Source: Myxococcales bacterium (GTDB lineage Bacteria > Myxococcota > UBA727 > JABDBI01). From it: DNA of 64,000 nt. The notes under the pieces were generated by a model that made no database searches, was not told the origin of the DNA, and saw nothing but the letters and a program-made list of their open reading frames with translations. The position numbers and the translations under genes were made by a program. Location: contig JAHFEF010000004.1 of assembly GCA_023248545.1 (NCBI GenBank), forward strand, positions 22,043-86,042, in the 5' to 3' direction. Shown here piece after piece: positions 1-9,330 of the stretch. How positions within the stretch are numbered: position 1 is the first letter of the stretch; each line of letters begins with the position of its first letter.

Positions 1-551
1 CCGTTATCGGCATCTCGTTGGCACAGGGGGTTGAACCGATTTTGAACCGTTTCTATCTGGGCAATTTTTCTAGCACGTTCAATTTGCTCAACGTCAACAT
101 TAGAAAGCCCAATGTGCCTAATTTTTCCTTCATCTTGTAGGCGTTTGAACTCACCGACGGAGTCTTCAATGGGCACTTCGGGATCTACAGCATGCAATTG
201 GTGTAAAAAGATTCGCTCGGTATCGAGTGCTTTTAAGCTTTTTTCGCAAGCCAATCTTAAAGCTTTGGGCTTGGCATTTTGGGTCCAGTCACCGTTGGGT
301 CGCTCCAAACCGCCTTTGGTGGCCACGTGTACCTGCGTTCTGTTTTCCCAGCGTTTGAGAGCCTTGGCAATAAGTCGCTCATTGTGGCCGATGTCCTCGT
401 TGCTTGTGCAATAGACATTGGCGGTGTCAATCAAATCAACGCCTAGCTCCAAAGCCGCTTGGATGACAGCGAGGGCTTCTGGCTCTGAAGGCCGGCCTTG
501 AATAGATAAGGGCATACCGCCAAGGCCGATTTTTTTGCAAAAATTTAGCAT
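1..551 (-). CDS. aldo/keto reductase family oxidoreductase, partial (C-terminus beyond left window edge)
   Basis: Absent from the ORF track because it runs off the window. My reverse-strand translation from ATG 551 reads MLNFCKKIGLGGMPLSIQGRPSEPEALAVIQAALELGVDLIDTANVY...EGKIRHIGLSNVDVEQIERA...IETVQNRFNPL, which are typical AKR motifs. The + ORF 112..414 is its antisense shadow. Confidence 0.75.
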   Translation of the reverse strand, partial: MLNFCKKIGLGGMPLSIQGRPSEPEALAVIQAALELGVDLIDTANVYCTSNEDIGHNERLIAKALKRWENRTQVHVATKGGLERPNGDWTQNAKPKALRLACEKSLKALDTERIFLHQLHAVDPEVPIEDSVGEFKRLQDEGKIRHIGLSNVDVEQIERARKIAQIETVQNRFNPLCQRDADN

Positions 552-1087
552 AAATCCTGTTTCACTTTCTGGGCATTTGATTCGCTGTCTAACACAGCGA
601 CGATTTTGAGGGCAAACTCTTGAGCTGAACCCGGGCTTTGTGCCGTGAGGCATTTGCCGTCGACACAGACTCTTTGTTTCACCCAATCAACACCGGGAGC
701 CTGGGCTTCGAAGCCGGGATAGCAGGTTGCTTTTTTACCCTCGAGCAAACCATGGGGAGCTAGAACAACGGCCGGTGATACACAAATAGCACCATAATAT
801 CGTCCAGCTTGGGCTTGTTTTTGAAGCATCGAGATTAAAAGCGCCGATTTTTCAAGATTTGTGGCTCCAGGCATGCCGCCGGGCAGAAAGATGCCATCGT
901 AGGATTGGCCTTGGCAATCTGACAGCAACTTGTCGGCCGTTAAATTAATCTTTCGAGCGCCAGAAACAGCCATATCTGCCACCCCAGCAACGGTCACGTT
1001 AAAGCCCGCTCTGCGCAAAACATTAATAAGAGTACAGGCCTCGATTTCTTCGCTGCCTGTGGCGATGGGGATGAGTACAGATTTCAT
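545..1087 (-). CDS. DJ-1/PfpI (YajL-like) family protein
   Basis: ORF 545..1171. The conserved part begins at MKSVLIPIATGSEEIEA (ATG at 1087, 20 nt after the upstream stop). Nucleophile elbow AICVSPA. Confidence 0.8.
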   Translation of the reverse strand: MKSVLIPIATGSEEIEACTLINVLRRAGFNVTVAGVADMAVSGARKINLTADKLLSDCQGQSYDGIFLPGGMPGATNLEKSALLISMLQKQAQAGRYYGAICVSPAVVLAPHGLLEGKKATCYPGFEAQAPGVDWVKQRVCVDGKCLTAQSPGSAQEFALKIVAVLDSESNAQKVKQDLC

Positions 1088-1106
1088 AGGCGTGCCTATA
1101 GCAAGA

Positions 1107-1985
1107 TTAATCAAACACCACAATCTGATTACCGCCAAGGCGTTTGGCAGCCGATAAAGCTTTATCGGCACGTTCTAAAAGCGACATCGCGAGCTCATCT
1201 TGAATCGACACGCTCGCTACGCCCATCGACAAGTGAATCTGCAGGGGAATCTCTTGGACTAAAATTGGCAAGTGTTTAAACTTAGACAACAGCCGAACCG
1301 CTGATTCAGCGGCATTCTGGAGCGTCGTCATGGGTTCTATCAAGGCAAACGTGTTTTCTGACAAGCGCGCAATAAAATCACCCTGCCGAATCTCGAGTTT
1401 AATACGCTGTGCTGTCTTACTTAAGATGGGATCCGGGCTGGCAAAACGCGCAAAACCGTCGATGTCGATCAACACGAGTGACAACGGCGCCTGATAGCGC
1501 CTGGCACGACCAAACTCTTGTTCCAAAAATTCAAAAAAGACTTCTCGACCCCAAAAGCCTGTTAAACGGTCTTTGACAATCTGTTGGTATTGGGTTTGTC
1601 GACCTAAATCTTCGTTTAAATGCTTGACGATTTTTTCTAATAGAGCCTGATCATTCGGCGAAAAAGCGTTGATTTCAGAACGGCCGAGGCTAATATTTCC
1701 AGAGACCAGCAGCGAGTTTAATTTGGCGTGTTGACCCACCCGAGGCTCAGATTTTCCGAGCAAAAACGCTTGATCCTGCGGCGGAATTGGGCTTGAAAAA
1801 TAGTCGGTTGAAAGACGCAGCAACACGGCGTCGGACTGGGTCATTTCTGCAATCAAAAACGCTGTTTTTTCGTAATTTTGTTCTGCAATCGAAGTGCTTA
1901 GTTCAAGCAAATAAGCCGTTAAGCTCTTTTCTTTGACGTCGCCCAAGCGACGCCCCAGTTTTGAAAACAGCAAAACGTCTTTCAA
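1107..1985 (-). CDS. GGDEF-domain protein with degenerate active site (signature replaced by LSENTF)
   Basis: C-terminal half reads RLTGFWGREVFFEFLEQEFGRARRYQAPLSLVLIDIDGF...GDFIARLSENTFALIEP...RADKALSAAKRLGGNQIVVF. This is the GGDEF-domain architecture, but the R-x-GG[DE]EF position reads RLSENTF. Confidence 0.7.
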   Translation of the reverse strand: MKDVLLFSKLGRRLGDVKEKSLTAYLLELSTSIAEQNYEKTAFLIAEMTQSDAVLLRLSTDYFSSPIPPQDQAFLLGKSEPRVGQHAKLNSLLVSGNISLGRSEINAFSPNDQALLEKIVKHLNEDLGRQTQYQQIVKDRLTGFWGREVFFEFLEQEFGRARRYQAPLSLVLIDIDGFARFASPDPILSKTAQRIKLEIRQGDFIARLSENTFALIEPMTTLQNAAESAVRLLSKFKHLPILVQEIPLQIHLSMGVASVSIQDELAMSLLERADKALSAAKRLGGNQIVVFD

Positions 1986-1988
1986 GCA

Positions 1989-2510
1989 CTACTCCACAAC
2001 TCCCACATATGGCAGGTTACGCATTTTCTGAGCCCAATCGAGTCCATAACCTACAACAAACTGATCAGGGATTTGAAATCCACAAAAATCTATTGCGATT
2101 GTACCCTGATTTTGGGCAGGCTTTTCAAGCAAAGCACACAAAGAAACGCTTTTAGGCTCTCGCGTCTTGAAATTGTCTAGCAAATACTTGGCGGTGAGTC
2201 CCGTATCGACAATGTCTTCGACCAACAAAACATCCCTGTTTTCAATCGGCCGTGTGAGATCCTGCGTAATTTGCACCACGCCTGAAGACTCAGTAGCCTC
2301 CCCATAGGAAGACACGCCAATAAATTCGATTTCAACTGGAACAGAGATTTTTCGGCACAGATCAGCCAAAAACAAAAACGAGCCTTTCAGAACCCCAACC
2401 AATACAAGCGGCTCTTTGACACTGGCATAGTGAGCCGATATTTCTTTGCCGAGCTCAGCGATACGCGTTTGGATCTGCTCCGAAGATAAGATTACTTTAA
2501 CAGTATGCAT
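1989..2510 (-). CDS. hpt: hypoxanthine phosphoribosyltransferase
   Basis: 173 aa. PRPP-binding motif VLLVEDIVDTGLT. Typical Hpt length and end (GYGLDW...R.LPYV). Confidence 0.9.
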   Translation of the reverse strand: MHTVKVILSSEQIQTRIAELGKEISAHYASVKEPLVLVGVLKGSFLFLADLCRKISVPVEIEFIGVSSYGEATESSGVVQITQDLTRPIENRDVLLVEDIVDTGLTAKYLLDNFKTREPKSVSLCALLEKPAQNQGTIAIDFCGFQIPDQFVVGYGLDWAQKMRNLPYVGVVE

Positions 2511-3315
2511 TGTTCATGATCTCCCCAAACCCACCGCCCCCGGGCAAAATATATTGTTTGTCGCTCAAGCCACTTTCTTGATTCCAGTGTTTACCAGGCG
2601 TTTCTGCCAAGATTTTGGCGGGTGAGGCGCCGCGATCCAATCTCAGTGCATAGATAATCGCCTCAGGATGTTCCGTATGGAGCCGCCTAATATACTCCGG
2701 CGTGATCATGAGATTCACCGTAATAAATTTGCGCGCTTTCCCCGGCACAGAACGCTTGTAATGCTCAATCACTTGTGCGAGCGAGCTTCCTGTCGCACCC
2801 ATGGGATCTGGAAATAAAACCATAGCGTCATCAATGCTGCCACCAATTTTACTATCACCCAGGTGTGAACCCGTTACATGTTCCAGAGCGTCCGTGACGC
2901 GTGACACCAACACGTGATCCTGTCGGACGCCCTGAGGGTCTAACGTCTTGTTCAAATAATCAAAGCAAACCTGGCTGGGCAGGGTTCCAGCTCGAACAAT
3001 ATTGACTGTCACTGTTTTTACATTGCGATCTAAAACCTGGCCAGACCAAACACCCAGAGGGGAGTGTTCAATCATGCGTGTTTTAACCGTCGTATGGGTT
3101 CTGGGAAACTCGCCATTCAAGACAGCCTTGATCAAATATTGGTAGAGATCTTTGACGACGCTGTTAATCGCTGGCTGCGTGGTGCTCTGTTCGCACAAAA
3201 AGGCCAGGTGCGAGAGCAAAAACGGGTCCGACAAAATATGGACATTCGGGCCATACAAGTGTTCGATCTCAACCGTTTTGTAAGGCAAATTTTGATAGGC
3301 AGAGTCTATAGACAT
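2497..3315 (-). CDS. uracil phosphoribosyltransferase family protein (long form)
   Basis: VRAGTLP, PRPP motif VLFPDPMGATGSS, C-terminal YILPGGGGFGE resembling the Upp YIxPGLGDAGD. I prefer ATG 3315 (MSIDSAYQ) over the TTG at 3336. Confidence 0.7.
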   Translation of the reverse strand: MSIDSAYQNLPYKTVEIEHLYGPNVHILSDPFLLSHLAFLCEQSTTQPAINSVVKDLYQYLIKAVLNGEFPRTHTTVKTRMIEHSPLGVWSGQVLDRNVKTVTVNIVRAGTLPSQVCFDYLNKTLDPQGVRQDHVLVSRVTDALEHVTGSHLGDSKIGGSIDDAMVLFPDPMGATGSSLAQVIEHYKRSVPGKARKFITVNLMITPEYIRRLHTEHPEAIIYALRLDRGASPAKILAETPGKHWNQESGLSDKQYILPGGGGFGEIMNNAYC

Positions 3316-3890
3316 GAAGTATCCTGTTGGTGGCAATATCTGCAGCGTGCTTCGTAGCTTTCGCTGGCACCTACAAAAACTTGAGCGTCTGTTTGTTCAG
3401 GCAGTCGATAGGTTTTGGTGGCAGCGGCTCCACAAAGCACGCAGACTGCATATTGTTTCGTGACAATATCAGCAATGGCTAATAAATGTGGCATGGGGCC
3501 AAATGGCTGGCCTTTAGAATCTTGATCTAAACCCGACATAATGACCCGAATGCCCGAGTTGGCCAGCCCTTCGACAAACTCAACAAGAGAGTGATCAAAA
3601 AATTGAGCCTCGTCGATTCCAACCAGATCAGCGGGAGCATCCAACTGGTCCAGGCAGTGCTTCATCGCAGGGGTATCTTCTACGGGAATAGACGCTATTT
3701 TTTGGGCTGAATGGCTGACAATCTGGACTTCATCAAAGCGTGTGTCGATTTGTGGTTTAAAAACAACGATGCGTTGTTTTGCTATTTTCGCTCTTCTTAG
3801 GCGCCGAATCAGTTCTTCGGTCTTACCAGAAAACATGGGCCCACAAATGACTTCGATGACACCGGTATTGAGTTGACGCAAACGTTCCAT
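3306..3890 (-). CDS. tdk: thymidine kinase
   Basis: 194 aa. P-loop GPMFSGKTEELIRRL, IGIDEAQFF, C-terminal Zn-ribbon cysteines (CVLCG...CRYC). Confidence 0.9.
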   Translation of the reverse strand: MERLRQLNTGVIEVICGPMFSGKTEELIRRLRRAKIAKQRIVVFKPQIDTRFDEVQIVSHSAQKIASIPVEDTPAMKHCLDQLDAPADLVGIDEAQFFDHSLVEFVEGLANSGIRVIMSGLDQDSKGQPFGPMPHLLAIADIVTKQYAVCVLCGAAATKTYRLPEQTDAQVFVGASESYEARCRYCHQQDTSCL

Positions 3891-3908
3891 GGTTTATGAA
3901 GCCTTGAG

Positions 3909-5198
3909 ATGATTCAAACTATTTCAAATTATGCGGGGCAATCGGTAACCCTAAACGGCTGGCTTTACAATAAGCGTGGCTCTGGAAAGATTCAGTTTTT
4001 GCAAATTCGAGATGGCACAGGGTTTATCCAGGCTGTCATGAGCAGGCAAGACGTTACAGAAGCCGAGTTCGAGGCAGCGGCCAGCTTGCCCCAAGAGTCG
4101 TCGCTCAAGATCACGGGGTTGGTGAAACAGGACGACCGAGCCCCTTTTTGTGGCTATGAGTTACAAGTCACTGGCTTTGAAGTAGTGTCTCGATCTGAAG
4201 AGTATCCCATTAGTAAGAAAGAACACGGCGACGCATTTCTGATGGACAACCGGCATTTGTGGCTTCGGTCCATGCGTCAGCATACGATTTTGCGCATCCG
4301 GGCGAGCATTGTTAAAGCTGTTCGAGACTATTTTGACGATAATAATTTCTTGCTTGTCGATAGCCCGATATTTACGCCCAATGCCTGTGAAGGAACGTCG
4401 ACTCTCTTTGAAACCGAATGGTTTGATAAACGCAAAGCGTATTTGTCTCAATCGGGCCAGCTGTATCAAGAAGCTGCGTGCATGGCTTTTGGGCGAAGCT
4501 ATTGCTTTGGACCCACTTTTCGCGCTGAAAAGAGCAAAACCCGTCGGCATCTCAATGAGTTCTGGATGGTCGAACCCGAAGTAGCCTTTATAGATTTGGA
4601 AGGCGATATTAGCCTCGCTGAAGACTTTTTATGTCATGTCATTGAGCGCGTGTTAAATTTGCACGAAAAAGATCTGACGCAAATTTTGGAACGCGACCTA
4701 AATATTCTCAAAAACACCCGAAAACCATTTCCAAGACTGCACTATTTAGACGCTGTCAAAAAAATTCAAGAGCTAGGCATGGAAATAGAGTTGGGAGGCG
4801 ATTTTGGGGCACCCCATGAAACCGAGTTGACCAAGCTCTATGATCGGCCATTGGTTGTCACGCATTTTCCTTCGGCGATCAAAGCTTTCTACATGAAGAA
4901 AGATCCTGAGAACCCAACTTATGCCAAATGCATGGATATTTTGGCGCCTGAGGGCTATGGCGAAATTATTGGGGGAGGGGAGCGCGAAGATAACTTAGAC
5001 TTACTGCTCGCTGAAATTAAGAAGCACGGCCTAAACCAAGCTGATTTTGAGTGGTTTCTCGATTTGAGGCGCTATGGCTCCTGTCCGCATGCTGGGTTTG
5101 GCATGGGCATCGAACGTTGTGTCGCCTGGGTTTGTGGTTTGCATCATGTACGAGAAACCATCCCTTTTGCTAGAACTTTGGATAGACTGAGTCCATGA
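3909..5198 (+). CDS. asnS: asparagine--tRNA ligase
   Basis: 429 aa class IIb aaRS. N-terminal OB fold (GWLYNKRGSGKIQFLQIRDGTG), motif 2 FRAEKSKTRRHLNEFWMVEPE, motif 3 GFGMGIERCVAW. Confidence 0.9.
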   Translation: MIQTISNYAGQSVTLNGWLYNKRGSGKIQFLQIRDGTGFIQAVMSRQDVTEAEFEAAASLPQESSLKITGLVKQDDRAPFCGYELQVTGFEVVSRSEEYPISKKEHGDAFLMDNRHLWLRSMRQHTILRIRASIVKAVRDYFDDNNFLLVDSPIFTPNACEGTSTLFETEWFDKRKAYLSQSGQLYQEAACMAFGRSYCFGPTFRAEKSKTRRHLNEFWMVEPEVAFIDLEGDISLAEDFLCHVIERVLNLHEKDLTQILERDLNILKNTRKPFPRLHYLDAVKKIQELGMEIELGGDFGAPHETELTKLYDRPLVVTHFPSAIKAFYMKKDPENPTYAKCMDILAPEGYGEIIGGGEREDNLDLLLAEIKKHGLNQADFEWFLDLRRYGSCPHAGFGMGIERCVAWVCGLHHVRETIPFARTLDRLSP

Positions 5199-5902
5199 GC
5201 CAGCTTTATTTTAAACAGCTATTAGCAGGTCGCGATTTTGGCAAAAATAATCCGTTTGCATCGCAAATGGAGAATTTTATTTATTTGATTGGCGATCAAA
5301 AAACACACGAGTGCGTCGTCGTTGACCCTGCTTGGGATATCCAAGAGATTTTAAATATTGCGGCTCAAGATGGCATGAAAATTGTCGGGGCCTTGGCCAC
5401 GCATTATCATCCGGATCACATCGGAGGCAGTGCTTTTGGGATGAACATCGAGGGTCTGGCTGAATTAATCGCCAAAAACCCGTGCCAATGTCACGTACAC
5501 AAATTAGAAGCTGCCGGCGTGACACAAATAACGGGCCTCTCGAAATCCGACCTGATGCTTCATGAATCGGGTGATGTTGTTCACGTGGGCGATATTTCAA
5601 TCGAGCTTCTGCATACGCCGGGGCATACACCAGGCTCGATGTGCTTTAGACTCAAAGACAGCTTGGTTTCAGGCGACACGCTTTTTTTGCAGGGTTGTGG
5701 CCGCGTCGATCTGCCAGGTGGAGACTCAGAACAAATGTATGAAACGCTCACGCAGCGCCTAAGTGCGTTGCCTGACCAAACTGTCCTGTACCCGGGCCAC
5801 GCTTATGGGGGTGAGCATGCGCCTCTATCTGAAGTCCGGGAGCATAACCCCATGATGCGCATCAAAGATTTGGCGACGTGGAAGAGGGTGAGGGGTTTTT
5901 AA
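5195..5902 (+). CDS. MBL-fold metallo-hydrolase (glyoxalase II-like)
   Basis: HxHxDH motif THYHPDHIGG, later HTPGHTPGS. ATGA overlap with the asnS stop. Confidence 0.8.
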   Translation: MSQLYFKQLLAGRDFGKNNPFASQMENFIYLIGDQKTHECVVVDPAWDIQEILNIAAQDGMKIVGALATHYHPDHIGGSAFGMNIEGLAELIAKNPCQCHVHKLEAAGVTQITGLSKSDLMLHESGDVVHVGDISIELLHTPGHTPGSMCFRLKDSLVSGDTLFLQGCGRVDLPGGDSEQMYETLTQRLSALPDQTVLYPGHAYGGEHAPLSEVREHNPMMRIKDLATWKRVRGF

Positions 5903-6483
5903 TAGTCGAAGATTTTCATTAAATCTAATTCAAGATCTCCAAACGGCGGCAGTGCTGTGACCCCATTAGCATCTTCGGCTGCCTGGATAATTTGATAGTG
6001 CTCGCCAGGATTTTTGAGTTCAAACACTTGGATATTTTTTCGAATCGGGTCAACAAGCCAGTAATAGGGCACCCCATGTTTTTCAAGCACCACACGCTTG
6101 CGTTGGGTATCATTCATCCAGTTGGAAGGAGATAAAATTTCGCAAACCCAAAGGGGTTTAACCATAATAGGGCCGCGTTCTGGAAGTTTTGGCAGGCTTT
6201 TTCGAGAGAAACCAGCTAGGTCATGTACAAACGAATTATCTTGATCATAATCGGTCCAAGCTTCCGAAAGTATAACCCACGAGTCTGTATCACTGGGGCC
6301 TTTGCCCTTCCTATCACTGAGATGGGTGCGGATCTTTAAGAATAATTCACTCGTGGTAAAAGAGTGTGTTGCCGCAGCAGGCGCCATCATATAAATCCTG
6401 CCGTGAATCAATTCCGCCTTGGCATCGTCAGGCAGGGCCATCAGATCATCTACTGTCGCGTGCGGTTCTTTGAGCTGGTGCAT
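5899..6483 (-). CDS. Uma2 family (DUF820) putative endonuclease
   Basis: AELIHGRIYMMAPAAATHS and a C-terminal PD-(D/E)xK-like core (PLWVCEILSPSN...KRVVLEKHGVPYYWLVDP). ATG at 6483 preferred over TTG 6537. Confidence 0.7.
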   Translation of the reverse strand: MHQLKEPHATVDDLMALPDDAKAELIHGRIYMMAPAAATHSFTTSELFLKIRTHLSDRKGKGPSDTDSWVILSEAWTDYDQDNSFVHDLAGFSRKSLPKLPERGPIMVKPLWVCEILSPSNWMNDTQRKRVVLEKHGVPYYWLVDPIRKNIQVFELKNPGEHYQIIQAAEDANGVTALPPFGDLELDLMKIFDY

Positions 6484-6500
6484 AGGTGCTCGAAATCCTA

Positions 6501-6812
6501 TCAGAATTTTTTCCTGAAGTAACCGATGATATCCCAAGGAACGTAAAATTCATAAGGTCCCCTATTCTTAACACAGATCCAAGTAAAGACCGCAGCGACT
6601 CCAACCCCCACCCACGTTCGCTTGTAACTAGAGACAGTATCGAACCAGGTTGGCACCAGTTTCGGTATCGGTTTGCAAACACCCGACACCAACTCGAAAC
6701 CAGGCCTACAGTAACATCGGCCATTCTCTAAAATCTCGTTCGGATCACCGCATGATTTGATCCCGGCATATGAAACGCTCGAAAAAGATAACAATAAAAA
6801 TAAAACAAACAT
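6501..6812 (-). CDS. hypothetical small bitopic membrane protein with Cys-rich ectodomain
   Basis: Signal peptide MFVLFLLLSFSSVSYA, EGF-like CGDPNEILENGRCYCRPGFELVSGVC, then a TM segment WVGVGVAAVFTWICV. Last gene of a tightly packed 5-gene string. Confidence 0.5.
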   Translation of the reverse strand: MFVLFLLLSFSSVSYAGIKSCGDPNEILENGRCYCRPGFELVSGVCKPIPKLVPTWFDTVSSYKRTWVGVGVAAVFTWICVKNRGPYEFYVPWDIIGYFRKKF

Positions 6813-6815
6813 AAA

Positions 6816-7265
6816 CTATTTTTTTAACAATTTACAATCACACTGAACATCGAGGCCATTCTGGGCTTCAAACGTGGTATTAATAGAAATTTCAGACAAA
6901 TTATTATCACCTAAAAAAGCTGTTTCGAGGCCATTCACGTCCAGACAGGCAATTGCTACCGAATTATTGCAGCGCACCAAAGCACGATGGGGTTGCACCA
7001 CATAGGCTGCTGGTACGTTGCAAAAGTCTAGATTGATTCGAACAGGTGATTCTCTCTTGGACGCAATTTCAACAACAATTATTTGTTGAGCAAGTGGGGT
7101 ATATCCCAATTGAAGTACTATTTCTTGAGCAGCGTTTTGTGACTTGATTTGCTGCTGGGAGTATTTCTGCGCCAAGGCGGTTGCTTCTTCAAGGCTAACC
7201 GCCCGCAAACAAACAGCCGCTAGCGTTCCCAATAAACAAATACCAACAAAATGCTTAGAACTCAT
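6816..7265 (-). CDS. hypothetical secreted protein
   Basis: 149 aa. N-terminal signal-like HFVGICLLGTLAAVCLRA. No recognisable domain. Confidence 0.5.
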   Translation of the reverse strand: MSSKHFVGICLLGTLAAVCLRAVSLEEATALAQKYSQQQIKSQNAAQEIVLQLGYTPLAQQIIVVEIASKRESPVRINLDFCNVPAAYVVQPHRALVRCNNSVAIACLDVNGLETAFLGDNNLSEISINTTFEAQNGLDVQCDCKLLKK

Positions 7266-7274
7266 GAACCAGCC

Positions 7275-7700
7275 TTACGGATTATTTTGCAAAGTCTCAA
7301 TCCCTGATTGAGTTGTCTTTATCTCTGCTGTGAGGGTAGCGTTCAGGGCTCTTGCTGAAGCAATTGTGGTGTTAATAACCTCGGTTCGTGCCTCCGCCGG
7401 TATCGCTTCCAACATGGCAACAACTGCCTGTTGGTTATTCAGCTCCATCTTTTTGTTCGTCAGTAAATTTTGGAGTCCCTGAATATGATCCACCTTGTTT
7501 TGATATGCATAATAAGCATTCATTGCCCTGTGAACACTCTGTTGAGCAAGATCAACAGATCCGCCAACACTCAAAGCCTGCGTTACGCTCTTGATAACAT
7601 TCAATGTAGTTTCAACGGGAGTTTCTTCCGCCAAAACGCCCTGAGAAACCAATAACAAAATTCCGATTACCATTTTTACGTTTTTCATAATTTTCTCCAT
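7275..7700 (-). CDS. hypothetical secreted coiled-coil protein
   Basis: 141 aa. Signal peptide MKNVKMVIGILLLVSQGVLA followed by helical, heptad-like sequence. Confidence 0.5.
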   Translation of the reverse strand: MEKIMKNVKMVIGILLLVSQGVLAEETPVETTLNVIKSVTQALSVGGSVDLAQQSVHRAMNAYYAYQNKVDHIQGLQNLLTNKKMELNNQQAVVAMLEAIPAEARTEVINTTIASARALNATLTAEIKTTQSGIETLQNNP

Positions 7701-8710
7701 TTTTGTACGTTGTTTGCAGCCTCTTCGAAATAACTTTGTAGCCGTTCTACCAGTAGCTTCTCATTTTCAGCGAGGCCCTTTAGTTCAGGTTCAAACTCTT
7801 GCCTCACCACGTAAGACAGATGTTTCATCCGATGAGCTTCTGCATAATAAGACCTAAACTTTAACATATTAGCGAAAGCCCTTTGGATTGTATCTTGAGA
7901 GGCCATTTGGGAAGCCAATAGCTCCATTTCAAACTTCACTTCCGAGTTGCTTTTTCCCGTTTCATCATGTGCTTGGTATTGAGAAAACACATGATTAACA
8001 AGTTCTTTCTCCGAGGCTGGCTTTGCAGCCAAAACTGCCTGAGTAATTTCTAGAATATTGTATCCTGGCAAAAATGCAAACGACAACATCGAGGCAGCAG
8101 CACCCCAGGTCTTATCCAACTCATGGGCGTAATCCATGAGTTCTGGAAGAGGTATGACATCAGCATGGATACAAGCTTTTCCGGTCAGACCAGACAGAAC
8201 GTAGTTTTTGTGGCTCGTTACAATCACCACACGATAGTTCGCCAATAGCTTAACCGGGATATTTCCCAGTTGACCCACCAAAAACACGGTATTCTCCGTA
8301 TTATTCTCTCTTAAGACCGCTTCCAACACCCGGTCATATTCAGCTGTCGTCCAAGCTTGAGCCTGGGCATCTTGGGCCAACCTGTCGATGCGTATTTCAA
8401 TCACCCGTGTGTTTTTATCGTGTAATGCCATTGCATCAACACGAGCGTCCATCTCCAAACCGGGCTGGCCAATCAAGAAAAGCTGTTTGGGCTGAGTTTT
8501 ATCTTCGAAAAACTTAATTAAGTCAGCCACTTCACGGGGAACAACGCCGTCATGATCTGGGGTCATCAGCTTCACATAAGGCGGAAAATTTTCAGGGTGT
8601 TCGCTTAGATTAGCCACATAGCGATTTAAATCCAGCGCATTCAGATTTAAGTCTCGGCTGGGACAGGCCATCACACACAGCAAAATAAAACTCAGTACTA
8701 TTTTTACCAT
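7685..8710 (-). CDS. hypothetical lipoprotein/secreted protein
   Basis: 341 aa. N-terminus MVKIVLSFILLCVMAC is lipobox-like. Contains LFLIGQPGLE, which only loosely recalls a decayed P-loop. Overlaps both neighbouring genes. Confidence 0.5.
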   Translation of the reverse strand: MVKIVLSFILLCVMACPSRDLNLNALDLNRYVANLSEHPENFPPYVKLMTPDHDGVVPREVADLIKFFEDKTQPKQLFLIGQPGLEMDARVDAMALHDKNTRVIEIRIDRLAQDAQAQAWTTAEYDRVLEAVLRENNTENTVFLVGQLGNIPVKLLANYRVVIVTSHKNYVLSGLTGKACIHADVIPLPELMDYAHELDKTWGAAASMLSFAFLPGYNILEITQAVLAAKPASEKELVNHVFSQYQAHDETGKSNSEVKFEMELLASQMASQDTIQRAFANMLKFRSYYAEAHRMKHLSYVVRQEFEPELKGLAENEKLLVERLQSYFEEAANNVQKWRKL

Positions 8711-9330
8711 GCGAACCCCGTATGGATGGCCGGCACGAAATTAAATTTATTTTCCGCAAAAGCCAGCTGGGATCCAGTCACCACATCCCAGTTGTATTCG
8801 ACACCCGTTTTGACCCCGATCACCAAACCGGTTTCGAACATACGTTCCCAGCCTGCATATAGAGACGGCCTGATGCGAATGGCATGGCGTGTGTCATTGA
8901 ATCCCTGAGCCTCTTGCGCGTAAATCCCCGCTTGGGTCCATAACTCTAAGTAAAAGCTCGATTTGGCCATCCATTCTGTCAATCTCAATTTCATACCCAG
9001 GCCAGCCAAAACCGACCCCTGGTTCGTAACCCGGTTGTTAAAATTAAACTGCGTGATGGCCAACTGGTTCGAATCAATCGACACTGGAAATATCAATTTA
9101 AAATAAGGGTTCAAAGCCACCTGGTAATCGAGTGAGAGCCGACCATTGATGAACGGATCTGCGCTGAAATTCAAAACCATTTTATGTGCAGCCGCACGGT
9201 ATCCATAGGCTTTGGGATCGATATCAACGAGCAATTCAATCAGATCAGGCGTTGCCTCAAGGTGACGTTCATTTTGATTTTCAGCCTGTGCCGCAAAAAC
9301 AAAAAATAATACTGACAAAACAAATCTCAT
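8704..9330 (-). CDS. putative outer-membrane beta-barrel protein
   Basis: Signal peptide MRFVLSVLFFVFAAQA (ATG 9330), alternating-hydrophobicity strands, terminal ...IHTGFAW typical of OMP C-termini. Confidence 0.55.
   Translation of the reverse strand: MRFVLSVLFFVFAAQAENQNERHLEATPDLIELLVDIDPKAYGYRAAAHKMVLNFSADPFINGRLSLDYQVALNPYFKLIFPVSIDSNQLAITQFNFNNRVTNQGSVLAGLGMKLRLTEWMAKSSFYLELWTQAGIYAQEAQGFNDTRHAIRIRPSLYAGWERMFETGLVIGVKTGVEYNWDVVTGSQLAFAENKFNFVPAIHTGFAW

Noticed and set aside
112-414. A 100-aa + strand ORF.
   Set aside because: It is the antisense shadow of a well-supported aldo/keto reductase gene on the minus strand.
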